DNA of 64,000 nt, taken from contig DLIO01000109.1 in NCBI GenBank assembly GCA_002483765.1, forward strand, positions 2,455 to 66,454, read 5' to 3'. Positions 1-10,675 of the stretch are shown here, piece after piece. The notes under the pieces were generated by a model that did not search any database, was not told the origin of the DNA, and worked only from the letters and a program-made list of their open reading frames with translations. This DNA is from Lentisphaeria bacterium UBA7640. Lineage in GTDB: Bacteria; Verrucomicrobiota; Lentisphaeria; Victivallales; Victivallaceae. The position numbers and the translations under genes are program-made. Positions within the stretch are counted from its first letter, which is position 1; the number at the start of each line of letters is the position of its first letter.

Positions 1-2
1 GC

Positions 3-143
3 ATTGCCGGAATCAAACAGTTTTTCAAATTGCCGAAGAACCTGATTCCAATCTCGATAATCGCCGCCGGCCATCCAGACGAAACTAAGGAGCCGCGTAC
101 ACGCTACAATCCCGCTGCGGTTAAATTCAACACTTGGAATTAA
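3..143 (+). CDS. Nitroreductase-family protein, C-terminal fragment (5' end lies outside the window)
   Basis: Frame is open from the window edge to TAA at 141-143. Translation IAGIKQFFKLPKNLIPISIIAAGHPDETKEPRTRYNPAAVKFNTWN resembles the conserved C-terminal end of NfnB/NfsA-like nitroreductases. Absent from the ORF track because it has no start in the window. Confidence 0.4.
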   Translation: MAGIKQFFKLPKNLIPISIIAAGHPDETKEPRTRYNPAAVKFNTWN

Positions 144-146
144 ATT

Positions 147-1202
147 ATGATCAACGTCAAACTTGACGGCATTAGCAAATCATACACCCGCGGAAAAACC
201 GTTCTCGAACCGATTGACTTGGAAGTAAAAGGAGGCGAACTTTTTTTTCTACTCGGCCCCAGCGGTTGCGGCAAATCCACTTTATTGAGAATCATTGCTG
301 GGTTTGTGAAACCCGATGCCGGACAAATATTTTTTGACGGAATCGACATTTCCAATTTAACCCCGGAGAAACGTGGCGCCGCTATGGTATTTCAAAGTTA
401 CGCGCTGTGGCCGCACATGACTGTTCGAGAAAACATTGCTTTCGGTTTGGAAATTCAAGGAATTAAAGATGCCGAGAAAGAACGGCGAATCACTGAAGCA
501 CTGGAGCTTGTGCAGTTAAGTGATTTAACTAGTCGCAAACCACCTTCGCTCTCTGGTGGACAACAACAACGCGTGGCTCTCGCTCGTGCTATCGTCGTCA
601 GCCCAAAACTGCTATTGCTGGATGAACCGCTATCCAACCTTGATGCCAAGTTGCGTGACTCCATGCGAGTAGAAATTCGTCGCATTTGCAAAGAAGCACA
701 ACTAACTGCGATTTATGTGACTCATGACCGCAAAGAAGCGCTCAGTATGGCTGATCGTATCGCATTGCTTAACTGTGGCAATCTACAGCAAGTCGGAACT
801 CCGCGCGAAATCTACCGCCATCCCACAAACGTCTTCTCGGCTGGTTTTATTGGCGACTGCAATTTATTACCAGGAAAAGTCACAAAAACATCTTCACGCA
901 ACTGTGTAATCCAGACTGCGGCAGGATTGATGGTCGCGGAAAATTTTTCAGCTGGACTCCGCACTGGGGCTGAAGTGACTTTGATGATCCGCCCTGAAGC
1001 AATTAGTCTTGGCGTCGGAACAATTAACAATTTCACCGCATGCGCTACCGATGAAAGTTTTTTAGGTGAATCTGGACAATGGAAACTCCAAGGCGAAGGT
1101 TTTCAATTAAATTGGCTGGAATTAAATTCACGAGAAAGAAGCGCGGATAACAAGGTAAAATTTCACATTGCTGCTGAAAATATCGTCGTTTTGGATTCTT
1201 GA
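147..1202 (+). CDS. ABC transporter ATP-binding protein (PotA/FbpC/MalK-type importer ATPase)
   Basis: Walker A GPSGCGKST, signature LSGGQQQRV, Walker B LLLLDEP, H-loop VTHD, and a C-terminal TOBE-like extension. No permease or binding-protein gene is adjacent. Confidence 0.9.
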   Translation: MINVKLDGISKSYTRGKTVLEPIDLEVKGGELFFLLGPSGCGKSTLLRIIAGFVKPDAGQIFFDGIDISNLTPEKRGAAMVFQSYALWPHMTVRENIAFGLEIQGIKDAEKERRITEALELVQLSDLTSRKPPSLSGGQQQRVALARAIVVSPKLLLLDEPLSNLDAKLRDSMRVEIRRICKEAQLTAIYVTHDRKEALSMADRIALLNCGNLQQVGTPREIYRHPTNVFSAGFIGDCNLLPGKVTKTSSRNCVIQTAAGLMVAENFSAGLRTGAEVTLMIRPEAISLGVGTINNFTACATDESFLGESGQWKLQGEGFQLNWLELNSRERSADNKVKFHIAAENIVVLDS

Positions 1203-1234
1203 AATTAGCGCGCGCATAATGCGCGCGCTAATTT
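1202..1234. repeat. CG-rich palindromic element, copy 1 (aaattagcgcgcgcatAatgcgcgcgctaattt)
   Basis: Perfect 33-bp palindrome with an A at the centre. It overlaps the last base of the ABC ATPase stop codon. Member of the 9-copy family. Confidence 0.9.
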
Positions 1235-1288
1235 CAGCAAAAAAATAATTAAACATAAAAATGGCTTTGATTATTTTCCATTAACATG

Positions 1289-1316
1289 TTGAAAAATATC
1301 ATTTCGATTATATATT
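1289..1316 (+). promoter_or_regulatory. Candidate sigma70-type promoter for rplM-rpsI-argC
   Basis: TTGAAA (1289-1294), 16-nt spacer, TATATT (1311-1316), about 110 nt upstream of the rplM start. Pattern match only. Confidence 0.3.
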
Positions 1317-1425
1317 CATTGTTCTTGTTGTTTGCCGACCCGATCTCCGGCTTTCACTAAGATGTTGTAATATCTGTTAAAAGTTTGTAAACCTGAAAAA
1401 ATAACTAATTATTGAGAACTAAAAA

Positions 1426-1854
1426 ATGAAAACCTATCTCGCGAAAGTTGGAGAAATCGAACGCAAACATCTGCTATTCGACGCCTCCGAAGCACCACTC
1501 GGAAGGCTGGCGGTAAAAGTCGCTAACGCACTCCGCGGCAAAGACAAGCCAACCTATACACCACATATTGATACCGGAAATTTTGTTATCGTGGTTAACG
1601 CCGCTAACGTTGTTCTTAGTGGCAACAAAAGCACTGATAAAACCTATGAAAGCTACAGCGGATATCGCAGTGGACTGAAGATTGTCACCGCTGATGTGGT
1701 TCGTAAAAAGAACCCGGAACGCATGGTCAAAGAAGCTGTCTGGGGCATGCTCCCTAAAGGCCGTCTGGGCCGTTCAATCTTCCGTAAGCTCAAGGTCTAT
1801 CCTGGCCTAGAACATCCGCACTCCGCACAACAACCTGAAAAAGTATCTTTCTGA
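1426..1854 (+). CDS. rplM: 50S ribosomal protein L13
   Basis: 142 aa. The N-terminus MKTYLAKVGEIERKHLLFDASEAPLGRLAVKVANALRGKDKPTYTPHIDTGNFVIVVNA is a typical L13 sequence. It is followed by rpsI, as in the conserved rplM-rpsI operon. Confidence 0.97.
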   Translation: MKTYLAKVGEIERKHLLFDASEAPLGRLAVKVANALRGKDKPTYTPHIDTGNFVIVVNAANVVLSGNKSTDKTYESYSGYRSGLKIVTADVVRKKNPERMVKEAVWGMLPKGRLGRSIFRKLKVYPGLEHPHSAQQPEKVSF

Positions 1855-1866
1855 AGGAATTAAATT

Positions 1867-2265
1867 ATGGCTACTAAGACTACTGAAATTTGGGCCACCG
1901 GGCGTCGTAAATGCGCTGTGGCTAGAGTCCGTATCAAACCAGGAACTGGCAAAGTTGTTGTCAATGGCAAAGAAGCTATTGCCTATTTCGGCAGCGAAGC
2001 GCTGATTGGATTCTTATCCCAGCCGCTCGCAGTCACCGATATGATTGGAAAATTTGATATTGCAGCAAACATTCAAGGCGGCGGCCCCTGCGGTCAAGCT
2101 GGCGCGTTGCGTCATGGCATTTCTCGCGCCTTGGTTAAATATGAAGACTCATTGCGCGCAGTGTTGAAAAACAGTGGCATGATGACTCGTGATTCGCGCG
2201 TCAAAGAACGTAAGAAAAGCGGTCAACCCGGCGCACGTAAGCGTTTCCAATTCTCCAAACGCTAA
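1867..2265 (+). CDS. rpsI: 30S ribosomal protein S9
   Basis: 132 aa with GRRKCAVARVRIKPGTGKVVVNG and the S9 C-terminal tail GARKRFQFSKR. Confidence 0.97.
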   Translation: MATKTTEIWATGRRKCAVARVRIKPGTGKVVVNGKEAIAYFGSEALIGFLSQPLAVTDMIGKFDIAANIQGGGPCGQAGALRHGISRALVKYEDSLRAVLKNSGMMTRDSRVKERKKSGQPGARKRFQFSKR

Positions 2266-2287
2266 GATCTGCCGAGGGAATTCAATT

Positions 2288-3316
2288 ATGTCTAAAATTA
2301 AGGCCGCAATCGTTGGTGCTTCAGGTTATTCAGGCGAAGAACTTATTCGTCTGCTGTTGCGCCACCGCCAATGCCAAATCGGCGTGATTACCTCACGCCA
2401 GTATGATGGGCAAGCAGTGGAAACTGTTTTCCCCCGTTTTTCAGGTAGCGGCCTAGTTTTTTCTAATCCCGATGTCAAACAAATCGCTGAACAGTGTCAA
2501 GTGGCGTTTCTTGCCCTTCCACATGGTTTGGCGAGCGAGTTTGCGATCCCGCTTATCGAAGCAGGACTCAAAGTGATTGACATTAGCGCAGATTTCCGAC
2601 TCCGTAGTACGAAAAAATATCAAGAATACTACAATCAGGAACACCCTTCTCCAGAGCTTTTAAAGAAGGCGGTTTACGGACTTCCTGAACGTTATCGCGA
2701 ACAGATTAAATCAGCTGACATGATTGCTTGTCCTGGTTGTTATCCAACCAGCATCATTCTCGCGGTAGCGCCAATGTTGGAAGCTGGTTTGGCTTCAACA
2801 AAGGGCATTATTTCATCCAGTATCAGTGGTATTACCGGCGCCGGACGCAAGGTCGACTTGCCGTTTATTTTTCCGGAATGCAATGAAAGTGTTCGTGCTT
2901 ATGGCGTTGCCGGCCATCGTCATCTACCCGAAGTTGAACAGGAATTAGCAGTGGCAGCCGGAGTTCCCGAAGTTGCGATAAACTTTATTCCACACTTGGC
3001 TCCCATCAATCGTGGCATTAATTCGACGATTATCATGGACGCCGAACCCGGTTGTTCGATGGATAAGATCACAGAAGCTTATAACAACGCTTATGCTAAT
3101 GAACCTTTTGTACGGGTACTCAAGCCCGGCAAGCTTTCAGACACCAAATATGTAACAATGACTAACGTTTGCGAAATCGGTTATCAACTCGATCCGCACA
3201 CCAATAAACTGATCATAACTTCGACGATTGACAATCTGACCAAAGGAGCATCCGGCCAAGCGGTTCAAAATATGAATATCCGTTTCGGTTTCGACGAAAC
3301 CGAAGGCTTGCTCTAA
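2288..3316 (+). CDS. argC: N-acetyl-gamma-glutamyl-phosphate reductase
   Basis: MSKIKAAIVGASGYSGEELIRLL NAD-binding N-terminus, catalytic-Cys region IACPGCYPTS, and C-terminal DNLTKGASGQAVQNMN. The ATG at 2288 is preferred over the track start at 2189, which overlaps rpsI. Confidence 0.93.
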   Translation: MSKIKAAIVGASGYSGEELIRLLLRHRQCQIGVITSRQYDGQAVETVFPRFSGSGLVFSNPDVKQIAEQCQVAFLALPHGLASEFAIPLIEAGLKVIDISADFRLRSTKKYQEYYNQEHPSPELLKKAVYGLPERYREQIKSADMIACPGCYPTSIILAVAPMLEAGLASTKGIISSSISGITGAGRKVDLPFIFPECNESVRAYGVAGHRHLPEVEQELAVAAGVPEVAINFIPHLAPINRGINSTIIMDAEPGCSMDKITEAYNNAYANEPFVRVLKPGKLSDTKYVTMTNVCEIGYQLDPHTNKLIITSTIDNLTKGASGQAVQNMNIRFGFDETEGLL

Positions 3317-3327
3317 AAATTTTATAC

Positions 3328-3368
3328 AAAAAAAGCGTTGCCTGATTTTTTCTGGCAACGCTTTTTTT
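3328..3368. terminator. Bidirectional intrinsic terminator between convergent argC and arnD
   Basis: 8-bp GC-rich stem gcgttgcc (3335-3342) / ggcaacgc (3354-3361), flanked by an A7 run upstream and a T7 run downstream. Confidence 0.75.
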
Positions 3369-3387
3369 ATTTATAGTAACAATAGTT

Positions 3388-4275
3388 TTACAATGTTTCT
3401 TGGCAAGCCAACCAACCTTCGCGGCCAGGGAATGGCTTTTGAACAATCTTACCTAATGGTGGTTCGCCGGCCGCTTGCACTAAATCCCCTAACGGCACAA
3501 ACTCCCAGCCCTGCGCTTTAGCACGCACAATGAAATCATTGAACATCTCAAGGCATTTTCCACCCTCAGCTTCTGCGTGGATCGTCAGCACATTCAGTTC
3601 ATTCGGCCGAAGCAGTCCCAATAAATGGTCATTAAAGTTAGCGTCAGTAATGCCATTACGCCCGACGACTTCATCATAAGTCGGAAGCGTCACTGGCACT
3701 TGAATCTGTTCTAACGGCTCATCATTGACTACTGGACGAAAAATACTCGTTCCACGACAGTCACTGTTATAAATAAAAGGAAACTTTGCCTTTTCAAGCA
3801 ATAAGCTTTCTGTGCAACGCCAACCGGGAACCGCAGAACAGGTCGGCGAACGATCGCAAATCCCTGCCAACATGTCAAAGCCCTTTTGTAACTCCAAATA
3901 GATTTGGGCACTACTCATTTTTGAGATTTTCGCTTGTTCACGATGATGATCCCAAGCGTGAAGCCCAAGCTCATGACCATCATTGACCGTATCGATAATC
4001 ACTTTCGAGAGGCGTTTGCCAATCTGAGGTCCCGGCCATGCTGTTCCCATAAAAATAATTTCTGGACCATAAAGTCCAGCGGCATTGGTCCGTAACATCT
4101 TAATCAAAAAATCTGGCTTAAGTAGCCGCCACAGATGACGCCCCATATTATCAGGCCCAACCGAGAAGAAAAAAGATGCTTTAAAATGGTGTTTTTCAAA
4201 CAAACGACACAAAGCTGGAACGCCTTTCTTGGTGCCGCGAAATGTATCTACATCAACCCTCAAGCCAATCTTCAT
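3388..4275 (-). CDS. arnD: 4-deoxy-4-formamido-L-arabinose-phosphoundecaprenol deformylase (polysaccharide deacetylase family)
   Basis: MKIGLRVDVDTFRGTKKGVPALCRLF...FFFSVGPDNMGRHLWRLLKP...GLHAWDHH...IHAEAEG is colinear with E. coli ArnD as I recall it. Start placed at the ATG at 4275, which has AGAGGGA about 10 nt upstream; the track start at 4302 adds 9 aa. Confidence 0.9.
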   Translation of the reverse strand: MKIGLRVDVDTFRGTKKGVPALCRLFEKHHFKASFFFSVGPDNMGRHLWRLLKPDFLIKMLRTNAAGLYGPEIIFMGTAWPGPQIGKRLSKVIIDTVNDGHELGLHAWDHHREQAKISKMSSAQIYLELQKGFDMLAGICDRSPTCSAVPGWRCTESLLLEKAKFPFIYNSDCRGTSIFRPVVNDEPLEQIQVPVTLPTYDEVVGRNGITDANFNDHLLGLLRPNELNVLTIHAEAEGGKCLEMFNDFIVRAKAQGWEFVPLGDLVQAAGEPPLGKIVQKPFPGREGWLACQETL

Positions 4276-4431
4276 ATTTTTATATCCCTCTGAAATCATC
4301 ATATTTAGACAGCTATTGCGCGCTAAATCTTATTGTTTTAATATTAAAAGAACAGGTGCCACGCGCACTACAACGAGCACGTGCGGCACCAATTTTGAAA
4401 CTAATATTCACTTATCTTGTTAGTGCGAATA

Positions 4432-6429
4432 TTAGTCTAGAGTGAAAAACTCCTCCGATTCAATCGCTTCTTTAAGGAAAAAATCCAAAGTCGTCTCAAT
4501 CGACTGATCAAGTTTAATCTCGGGTTGCCATCCGAGCATTTTATTGGCATTTTTAATGCTCGGCTTACGATGCTGCACATCTTGATAGCCTTTGCCGTAA
4601 AAAGCTCCGCTCTCGACTACGATCGTACCAGCAAAAGGCGGGAACTTCGCGCGTGCTGGATGTTTGTCGAATTTGTCGACCAACATCTCGGCCATCTCTT
4701 TAATGCTCGCTTCGTTGTCAGGATTGCCAATATTGATGATCTGTCCATCACAATTGCCATCCTTGTTTTCGATAATCCGATAAAGGGCTTCAATTCCTTC
4801 AGAGATATCGACAAAACAGCGTTTTTGTTCGCCACCATCAACCAATTGAATCGGAGAACCTTGAACGAGGTTGAGAATCAATTGAGTGATTGCGCGGGAA
4901 CTGCCGATACGGGCAGAAGTTAAGCTATCGAGTTTCGGCCCAATCCAGTTGAATGGGCGGAACAACGTAAAGCGGAGTTGATTTTTGGCACCATAAGCCC
5001 AAATTACTCGATCCAACATCTGTTTGCTGCAGGAATATATCCAGCGCTGCATACGGATCGGCCCCGTAATTAAGCATGAATTGTCTTCGTCAAAATTTTC
5101 ATCCTGACACATTCCATAGACTTCAGAAGTCGATGGGAAAATAATCCGTTTATCATATTTCACGCAATATCGAACAATACGCAGGTTTTCTTCGAAGTCC
5201 AGTTCGAAAACCCGTAGCGGGTTGCGCGTGTATTCAATCGGAGTCGCGATTGCCACCAATGGAAGAATGATGTCACATTTGCGGATATGATACTCAATCC
5301 ATTCGCGATGGATAGAGATATCGCCCTCAAGATAATGAAAATTGGGCTGATCGAGTAGATGTTCGATGTAGTTCGCGCGAAGATCAAGCCCGTAAACTTC
5401 ATATTTACCACTGGCTAACAAACGATCACTGAGATGACTGCCGATAAAACCGTTAACACCAAGAATCAAAACACTTTTCTTACGAGATGCTTCTTTACGG
5501 CAACGAACATCGCCAGTGAAGACCATATTCTTAACAATTCGGGCTTCCGCGGCGAACTGCGAACCGGTCATTAACAAACCATCCGCCAACTGTGCGGACT
5601 CAACCTTTATTGCCCCTTTACCGCAAGCAATAATTAATGGATTAGCGTTAATCAGCGTGCCAGGAGCAGCGCCGTTATTATCTTCAACCGTGCTTACTGT
5701 CCAGAAAAAACATTTACGGTCGCCCATAAAACTGTAGGCGCCAGGATAAGGGCGGGTCACGGCACGAACCAAATTACGCACTTCAGTCGCAGATTTATTC
5801 CAGTCAATCTCACCGTCTGTGGGCTTGCGTCCACCGTAATAAGTAGCCTGCGCGTGATCTTGCGGGGTGCGTGGTGCCGTTCCTGACTTGATTAATGGCA
5901 AAACCTCTGCCAGCATTGCTGCCGCAGCATCAGTCGCTTTCAAATGAACCGATTTTGCGGTATCACAATCTTCAATCGTAATCTTGTTTTGTGCAACAAT
6001 ATCACCGGCGTCAGGTTTTGCGGTCATGTAATGCAAAGTCACTCCAGTCTCTTTTTCACCATTGACCAATGCCCAGTTAATCGGCACGCGCCCGCGATAT
6101 TTCGGCAATAATGAACCATGTAAATTCAAGCATCCGTGTTTTGGAATATCCAGGATCTCGGACTTGATCATATTGCGATAATAAAACGAAAAAATAATGT
6201 CAGGATTGATTGATTTTATTTTATTGACCCAAACTGGATGATTCACATCTTCCGGAGCAAATACTGGAATGCCATGCTTGAAAGCAGTTTCCGCGACAGA
6301 ATCGAACCAGATATTTTCGCCGGGATTGTCTTTGTGAGTGAACACCGCCGCGATTTCGAAACCATTTTTTAGCAGGGCTTCAATGCCGGCACAACCGATA
6401 TTGTGATACCCAAAAACAACACATTTCAT
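4432..6429 (-). CDS. arnA: Bifunctional UDP-4-amino-4-deoxy-L-arabinose formyltransferase / UDP-glucuronate C-4'' decarboxylase
   Basis: 665 aa. N-terminal formyltransferase motifs ([30 protein letters not shown]) and a C-terminal SDR decarboxylase domain ([12 protein letters not shown]; [50 protein letters not shown]), near-identical to remembered E. coli ArnA blocks. Confidence 0.95.
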   Translation of the reverse strand: MKCVVFGYHNIGCAGIEALLKNGFEIAAVFTHKDNPGENIWFDSVAETAFKHGIPVFAPEDVNHPVWVNKIKSINPDIIFSFYYRNMIKSEILDIPKHGCLNLHGSLLPKYRGRVPINWALVNGEKETGVTLHYMTAKPDAGDIVAQNKITIEDCDTAKSVHLKATDAAAAMLAEVLPLIKSGTAPRTPQDHAQATYYGGRKPTDGEIDWNKSATEVRNLVRAVTRPYPGAYSFMGDRKCFFWTVSTVEDNNGAAPGTLINANPLIIACGKGAIKVESAQLADGLLMTGSQFAAEARIVKNMVFTGDVRCRKEASRKKSVLILGVNGFIGSHLSDRLLASGKYEVYGLDLRANYIEHLLDQPNFHYLEGDISIHREWIEYHIRKCDIILPLVAIATPIEYTRNPLRVFELDFEENLRIVRYCVKYDKRIIFPSTSEVYGMCQDENFDEDNSCLITGPIRMQRWIYSCSKQMLDRVIWAYGAKNQLRFTLFRPFNWIGPKLDSLTSARIGSSRAITQLILNLVQGSPIQLVDGGEQKRCFVDISEGIEALYRIIENKDGNCDGQIINIGNPDNEASIKEMAEMLVDKFDKHPARAKFPPFAGTIVVESGAFYGKGYQDVQHRKPSIKNANKMLGWQPEIKLDQSIETTLDFFLKEAIESEEFFTLD

Positions 6430-6467
6430 AACACTCTCCAGATAATTTTTTTTAATAATTCTATATT

Positions 6468-7430
6468 TTAATTTTCTTTACGTCCAATCACATTTTCTAC
6501 GAAATAACGTGGCCTAGCGCGCACGTCATAATACATCCTTCCAAGGTATTCGCCAAGTAATCCAATTGCAATCAACTGCACTCCAGCAATAATAAACACG
6601 AAAGCCATTAGTGTGAAAACACCGTCTGCAGCCCATTCCGCATCATAATAAAAGCGCAAAAAAAGCACTATTAAACCAAACAAAATACCACCAGTAGACA
6701 CCAGACCTCCAACATAACTCATGATCCGCAGTGGGGCAGTCGTCATACAGGTCAAAAGGTTAAATTGTAGATTGATTAATTTCATAAATGAATACTTTGA
6801 CGTCCCAATAGTGCGTTCGCTGTGCCCAACGTCAATCTCGCAAGTTGAACGCGCAAAGCTGTTACCAAGTACAGGAATAAAGGTGCTGCGTTCATTGCAC
6901 GCGAGCATCGCTTTAACTATTGGCGCACGGTAAGCTCGCAGCATACAGCCGTAATCTTTCATTTTAACGCCAGTCGCCTTCTGGGCAATGCGATTTACCA
7001 CCCACGACGGAGCTCGGCGAAAAATACTATCCTTACGCTTGGCGCGCACTGTGCCGATCACATCATAGCCCTCTTCAGCTTTTTCGACTATTCGTGGAAA
7101 TTCTTCTGGTGGGTTCTGTAAATCTGCGTCAATCGTAATGATCAAATCGCCACGAGCTTCAGCGAAGCCAGCCATGATGGCAGCGTGTTGCCCATAATTA
7201 CGATTTAAAATAACCACAACAACTTTGCCGTCATTTTTTTCAGCAGCCTCAACCATAATCGGGATCGAACGATCAATACTACCATCATCGACCAATAATA
7301 ACTCATAATCTTTGTTAGTCTGCTCAAGTGATTTCAAACAACGCTCAATCAATTCTTCCAGACAACCTTCTTCGTTGTAAACCGGAACCACTACTGATAC
7401 TTTCTTTACTGAATAATCTTTTTTCAACAT
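6468..7430 (-). CDS. arnC: Undecaprenyl-phosphate 4-deoxy-4-formamido-L-arabinose transferase (GT2)
   Basis: 320 aa. GT2 motifs [21 protein letters not shown] and [11 protein letters not shown], two C-terminal TM helices, and its position inside the arn operon. Confidence 0.88.
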   Translation of the reverse strand: MLKKDYSVKKVSVVVPVYNEEGCLEELIERCLKSLEQTNKDYELLLVDDGSIDRSIPIMVEAAEKNDGKVVVVILNRNYGQHAAIMAGFAEARGDLIITIDADLQNPPEEFPRIVEKAEEGYDVIGTVRAKRKDSIFRRAPSWVVNRIAQKATGVKMKDYGCMLRAYRAPIVKAMLACNERSTFIPVLGNSFARSTCEIDVGHSERTIGTSKYSFMKLINLQFNLLTCMTTAPLRIMSYVGGLVSTGGILFGLIVLFLRFYYDAEWAADGVFTLMAFVFIIAGVQLIAIGLLGEYLGRMYYDVRARPRYFVENVIGRKEN

Positions 7431-7434
7431 TTTG

Positions 7435-9150
7435 CTATTCCTTGCTTGGGATTAGTTTCCAACATTTTAATTTCCTGGCACCGGGTTTTTCAAATGGAAC
7501 ACCTTTTTCCTGATATTCCGCATTTTCAACCGGAAAGTCTGGGAATACGGTTAAGATACTCGCTAAAGTGCGATTTCTCGTTTCTGCAACCAAATACTTA
7601 GGCTCGTCGTTAGAATTCACAAAATCCTTCAACTCGTCCGCTGTTTGCAATACCGTTATTGGTTTCTTCGCATTCATATAAAAAATTATTTTAGGATATA
7701 TTTTCGGAAAAAAAGCAATATTTTCAGTCTTAATTCCGTTTAAACCATTTTTCAAGATATGTGCAAAATCCTTTTCATTACGTAAATTACTTGCTGCGGG
7801 ATAAAGTACCGCAAAAGCTGCGCCAATAATCAATGTGCTTGAAACGATAACGGCTGCCCACGGTAACGGTAACATGGTATAGCGAGCAATCAGTTTACGA
7901 CCAAAGACCAAAATAATGAAAGCCGGAATAGCCACAACGGGCATCGTCCAGATTATTACCCCCGGAATTAGTTTGATGTCGTCAGGCAAAAAATCTAACT
8001 TTAAGAAATATGGAGCAATGGGAATCGCGAGAACCGCTATTCCAGTTAAAACAATCAGTACCCAACGATGAACTTTTGCCCACCAGTCGCGCCATTTATA
8101 TTCCCCCGAGCCAGCGATATATTCCGCGATTAAAATCGTTAAAAATGGCACAATCGGTAAAATATAATACCAACGACGCGAGCCTGATGCGGAAAACATT
8201 AAAAAAACCACCAGATTCACCAGTAATAGCCAGCGAGTATTGAGATCAAGTTTTTTCCATTTCGTGCTTACCGCAGCGATTGCGATGAACAATAATACTG
8301 ACCACGGCGCCATGATTTTAGGAACGTGAAAAAGATAGATAAAAAAAGGTTCATCATTATGATCAAAGGGCTTGAATACTCGTACGATATTTTCACGCCA
8401 CACTAACTCTAAACCAGTCAACCCAGAGTTAGCAGTATCAAACCCAGCCGGCAACGGCAATCTTGCAGAGATAAGAAATGTTGAAAGAAAAACCCCTAGC
8501 CCAATTAAAAACGCCGCTCCATGAGAAATTTTAAGGTGTTTTTTCCATGTTCCGTCAAGCAACAAATAAATAATTACCAATATCGGAGGAAGTGCCAAAG
8601 CTGATAACCCTTTCGTCAATGCTCCACCAAAACAGATTACCCAAAACAGCAAGTAGCTCCAGAATCCCCCTTTCTCTTTTGTTTGAAAGAACCACAACAC
8701 TGCTAAAATCACTGCGGTCATATTCATCATGTCCGCAGCCGCCAAACGTCCCTGAAAAATGAATCCGTAGCCACAAAGCAATAGCCAACCGCTGGTAATA
8801 CCAACCGCCCTGCCCCATATTTTTGTCGCGAACTTAATAGTCGCATAAAGTGCGATCAATGCCGAAAGCGCGCTGGGCAGGCGAATTATAAATTCGTTGA
8901 GAATTCCGGTAATTTTAGCCAATAAAACAATCGGCCAATACGAAAGCAAAGGTTTATCAAAGTAAACTTCGCCGTTAATAGCTGGATGAAACCAATCACC
9001 GGTCATTAACATTTCGCGCGCCACTTCGGCCCAGCGATCTTCAGAAGCCCATAATTGATTAACGCCGAGCTGAAAAACCAGTATAAAGAGCGCCATTGTC
9101 CAAAAAGTGAAGACTTGAAAATTACTGGCTTTGGTTTCTGTTTTAATCAT
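7435..9150 (-). CDS. arnT: 4-amino-4-deoxy-L-arabinose-lipid A transferase (GT83/PMT-like, polytopic membrane protein)
   Basis: About 570 aa with more than 10 predicted TM helices. The N-terminal loop [35 protein letters not shown] is typical of ArnT/PMT_2 enzymes. Start placed at the ATG at 9150 (GAGGC RBS); the track start is a TTG at 9165. Confidence 0.82.
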   Translation of the reverse strand: MIKTETKASNFQVFTFWTMALFILVFQLGVNQLWASEDRWAEVAREMLMTGDWFHPAINGEVYFDKPLLSYWPIVLLAKITGILNEFIIRLPSALSALIALYATIKFATKIWGRAVGITSGWLLLCGYGFIFQGRLAAADMMNMTAVILAVLWFFQTKEKGGFWSYLLFWVICFGGALTKGLSALALPPILVIIYLLLDGTWKKHLKISHGAAFLIGLGVFLSTFLISARLPLPAGFDTANSGLTGLELVWRENIVRVFKPFDHNDEPFFIYLFHVPKIMAPWSVLLFIAIAAVSTKWKKLDLNTRWLLLVNLVVFLMFSASGSRRWYYILPIVPFLTILIAEYIAGSGEYKWRDWWAKVHRWVLIVLTGIAVLAIPIAPYFLKLDFLPDDIKLIPGVIIWTMPVVAIPAFIILVFGRKLIARYTMLPLPWAAVIVSSTLIIGAAFAVLYPAASNLRNEKDFAHILKNGLNGIKTENIAFFPKIYPKIIFYMNAKKPITVLQTADELKDFVNSNDEPKYLVAETRNRTLASILTVFPDFPVENAEYQEKGVPFEKPGARKLKCWKLIPSKE

Positions 9151-9161
9151 TGGCCCTAGCC

Positions 9162-10307
9162 TCAATTCCCGCTCAACACGTCTTTAATTGCTTGAACTAC
9201 GTCATCTTGGTCGCGGTCACTCATTCCCGAAAACAGCGGTAAAGAACAGATCCGATCAGAATTGAATTCGGTATTCGGTAATGACCCGCGCTTGAAGCCC
9301 ATATTCTCGCGATAGTACTTTTGGACATGAGCAGCAGTAAAGTGCAATCCAGTACCGATATTTTTATTTTTCAATTTTTCCATAAATTCATTGCGTGTCA
9401 TTTTATCTGTAACAACTCGAACAATAAAGAGATGCCAAGCATTCTTAAAGTCATAACCTTCAGGATCGCACAGAGGTTCAATGCCATCAACTCCATCCAA
9501 AAGCTCTCGATAACGCAATGCTAGTTGTTCGCGCCGCGCATTATTTTCACTAAGACGTTTCAATTGCCCAAGACCAAGTGCGGCCTGCATATCAGTCAAA
9601 TTATATTTAAATCCGGGAAAAATCACTTCTGCTTGAGGAGATCTGCCACGGTTAGAGCGATCAAAAGCATCAACTCCCAAACCATGAAACTTCCAAGAAC
9701 GAAACTTTTTTGCAATCTCTTCGTCATCTGTGACCAAGGCTCCACCTTCTGCAGTGGTAACGTTCTTTATAGCATGAAATGAAAAAAGACCAGAGCCGTC
9801 GGCACAAACATGTCGACCTTTGTAATATGTGCCAATTGCATGAGCAGCATCATCAACAACTGGAATATCGCCAGCAACTGCTCTGATGCCATCAATATCA
9901 AAAGGAGCTCCTGCATAATGAACTGGAATGATTAATTTGGTTTTCGCAGTGATACAGGACTTCACTGATTGTGGAGTAACCATTAAAGTGTCGCGATCGA
10001 TTTCAGCAAAAACTGGGGTTGCGCCAGCCAAAACAATCATATTTACAGTAGAAACCCAAGTCAGTGAAGGAGTAATTACTTCATCTCCGGGACCAATATC
10101 CATCACCTTCATCAAGATATGCATTCCTGCAGTCGCGGAACTCAAAGCCACCGCATATTTATTACCGGTAATCCGACAGAGTTCTTCTTCAAACTCAATA
10201 TTTTTCGGCCCATTAGTGATCCAGCCTGAACGCAACACATCTACGACAGCTTCAATATCTGATTCTTTAATATCAGGTTTAGTGAAAGGCAAAAACTCGT
10301 TTCTCAT
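9162..10307 (-). CDS. arnB: UDP-4-amino-4-deoxy-L-arabinose--oxoglutarate aminotransferase (DegT/DnrJ/EryC1 family)
   Basis: MRNEFLPFTKPDI...GWITNGPKN...ITPSLTWVSTVNMIVLAGATPVFAEIDRDTLMVTP...FSFHAIKN (PLP-lysine region)...PGFKYNLTD is colinear with remembered E. coli ArnB. Confidence 0.93.
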   Translation of the reverse strand: MRNEFLPFTKPDIKESDIEAVVDVLRSGWITNGPKNIEFEEELCRITGNKYAVALSSATAGMHILMKVMDIGPGDEVITPSLTWVSTVNMIVLAGATPVFAEIDRDTLMVTPQSVKSCITAKTKLIIPVHYAGAPFDIDGIRAVAGDIPVVDDAAHAIGTYYKGRHVCADGSGLFSFHAIKNVTTAEGGALVTDDEEIAKKFRSWKFHGLGVDAFDRSNRGRSPQAEVIFPGFKYNLTDMQAALGLGQLKRLSENNARREQLALRYRELLDGVDGIEPLCDPEGYDFKNAWHLFIVRVVTDKMTRNEFMEKLKNKNIGTGLHFTAAHVQKYYRENMGFKRGSLPNTEFNSDRICSLPLFSGMSDRDQDDVVQAIKDVLSGN

Positions 10308-10337
10308 TTCAATTCCTCACATATTGTTAAGCTCCCT

Positions 10338-10365
10338 AATATATCAATAGAAGCTCAAAAATCAA
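10338..10365 (-). promoter_or_regulatory. Candidate promoter of the arn operon
   Basis: On the minus strand: TTGATT (10365-10360), 16 nt, TATATT (10343-10338), about 30 nt upstream of the arnB start. Pattern match only. Confidence 0.25.
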
Positions 10366-10675
10366 TCATTAATTCCTACAGATTTGAGAAAATGGCAACG
10401 GAGGTTTTTAACTCCAGATAGACACAAAATTATCGCCAATGGAAGAGAGTAATGTGAGTCTTTTATCCAATAGAGTAAGCCCAAATCTCTTTGCGTTCTT
10501 TGTTTTATTCGTGGTTACAACCCACCCTTTTTCCGTTATAACTTCTAATCTCAAGATTCCTATCCCCATTCAACAATGTAAAAAGGCAAAGATCTTTTTT
10601 TAATAGTTCTTCAATTGCAACCCAGACTAAAAAGCACTAGATTATATACCGAAATAAAAATATAAAGGAAATATT

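Noticed and set aside
2189-2287. N-terminal 33-codon extension of the argC ORF as given in the track
   Set aside because: It overlaps the 3' end of rpsI in another frame. The conserved ArgC N-terminus (MSKIKAAIVGASGYSG) starts at ATG 2288.
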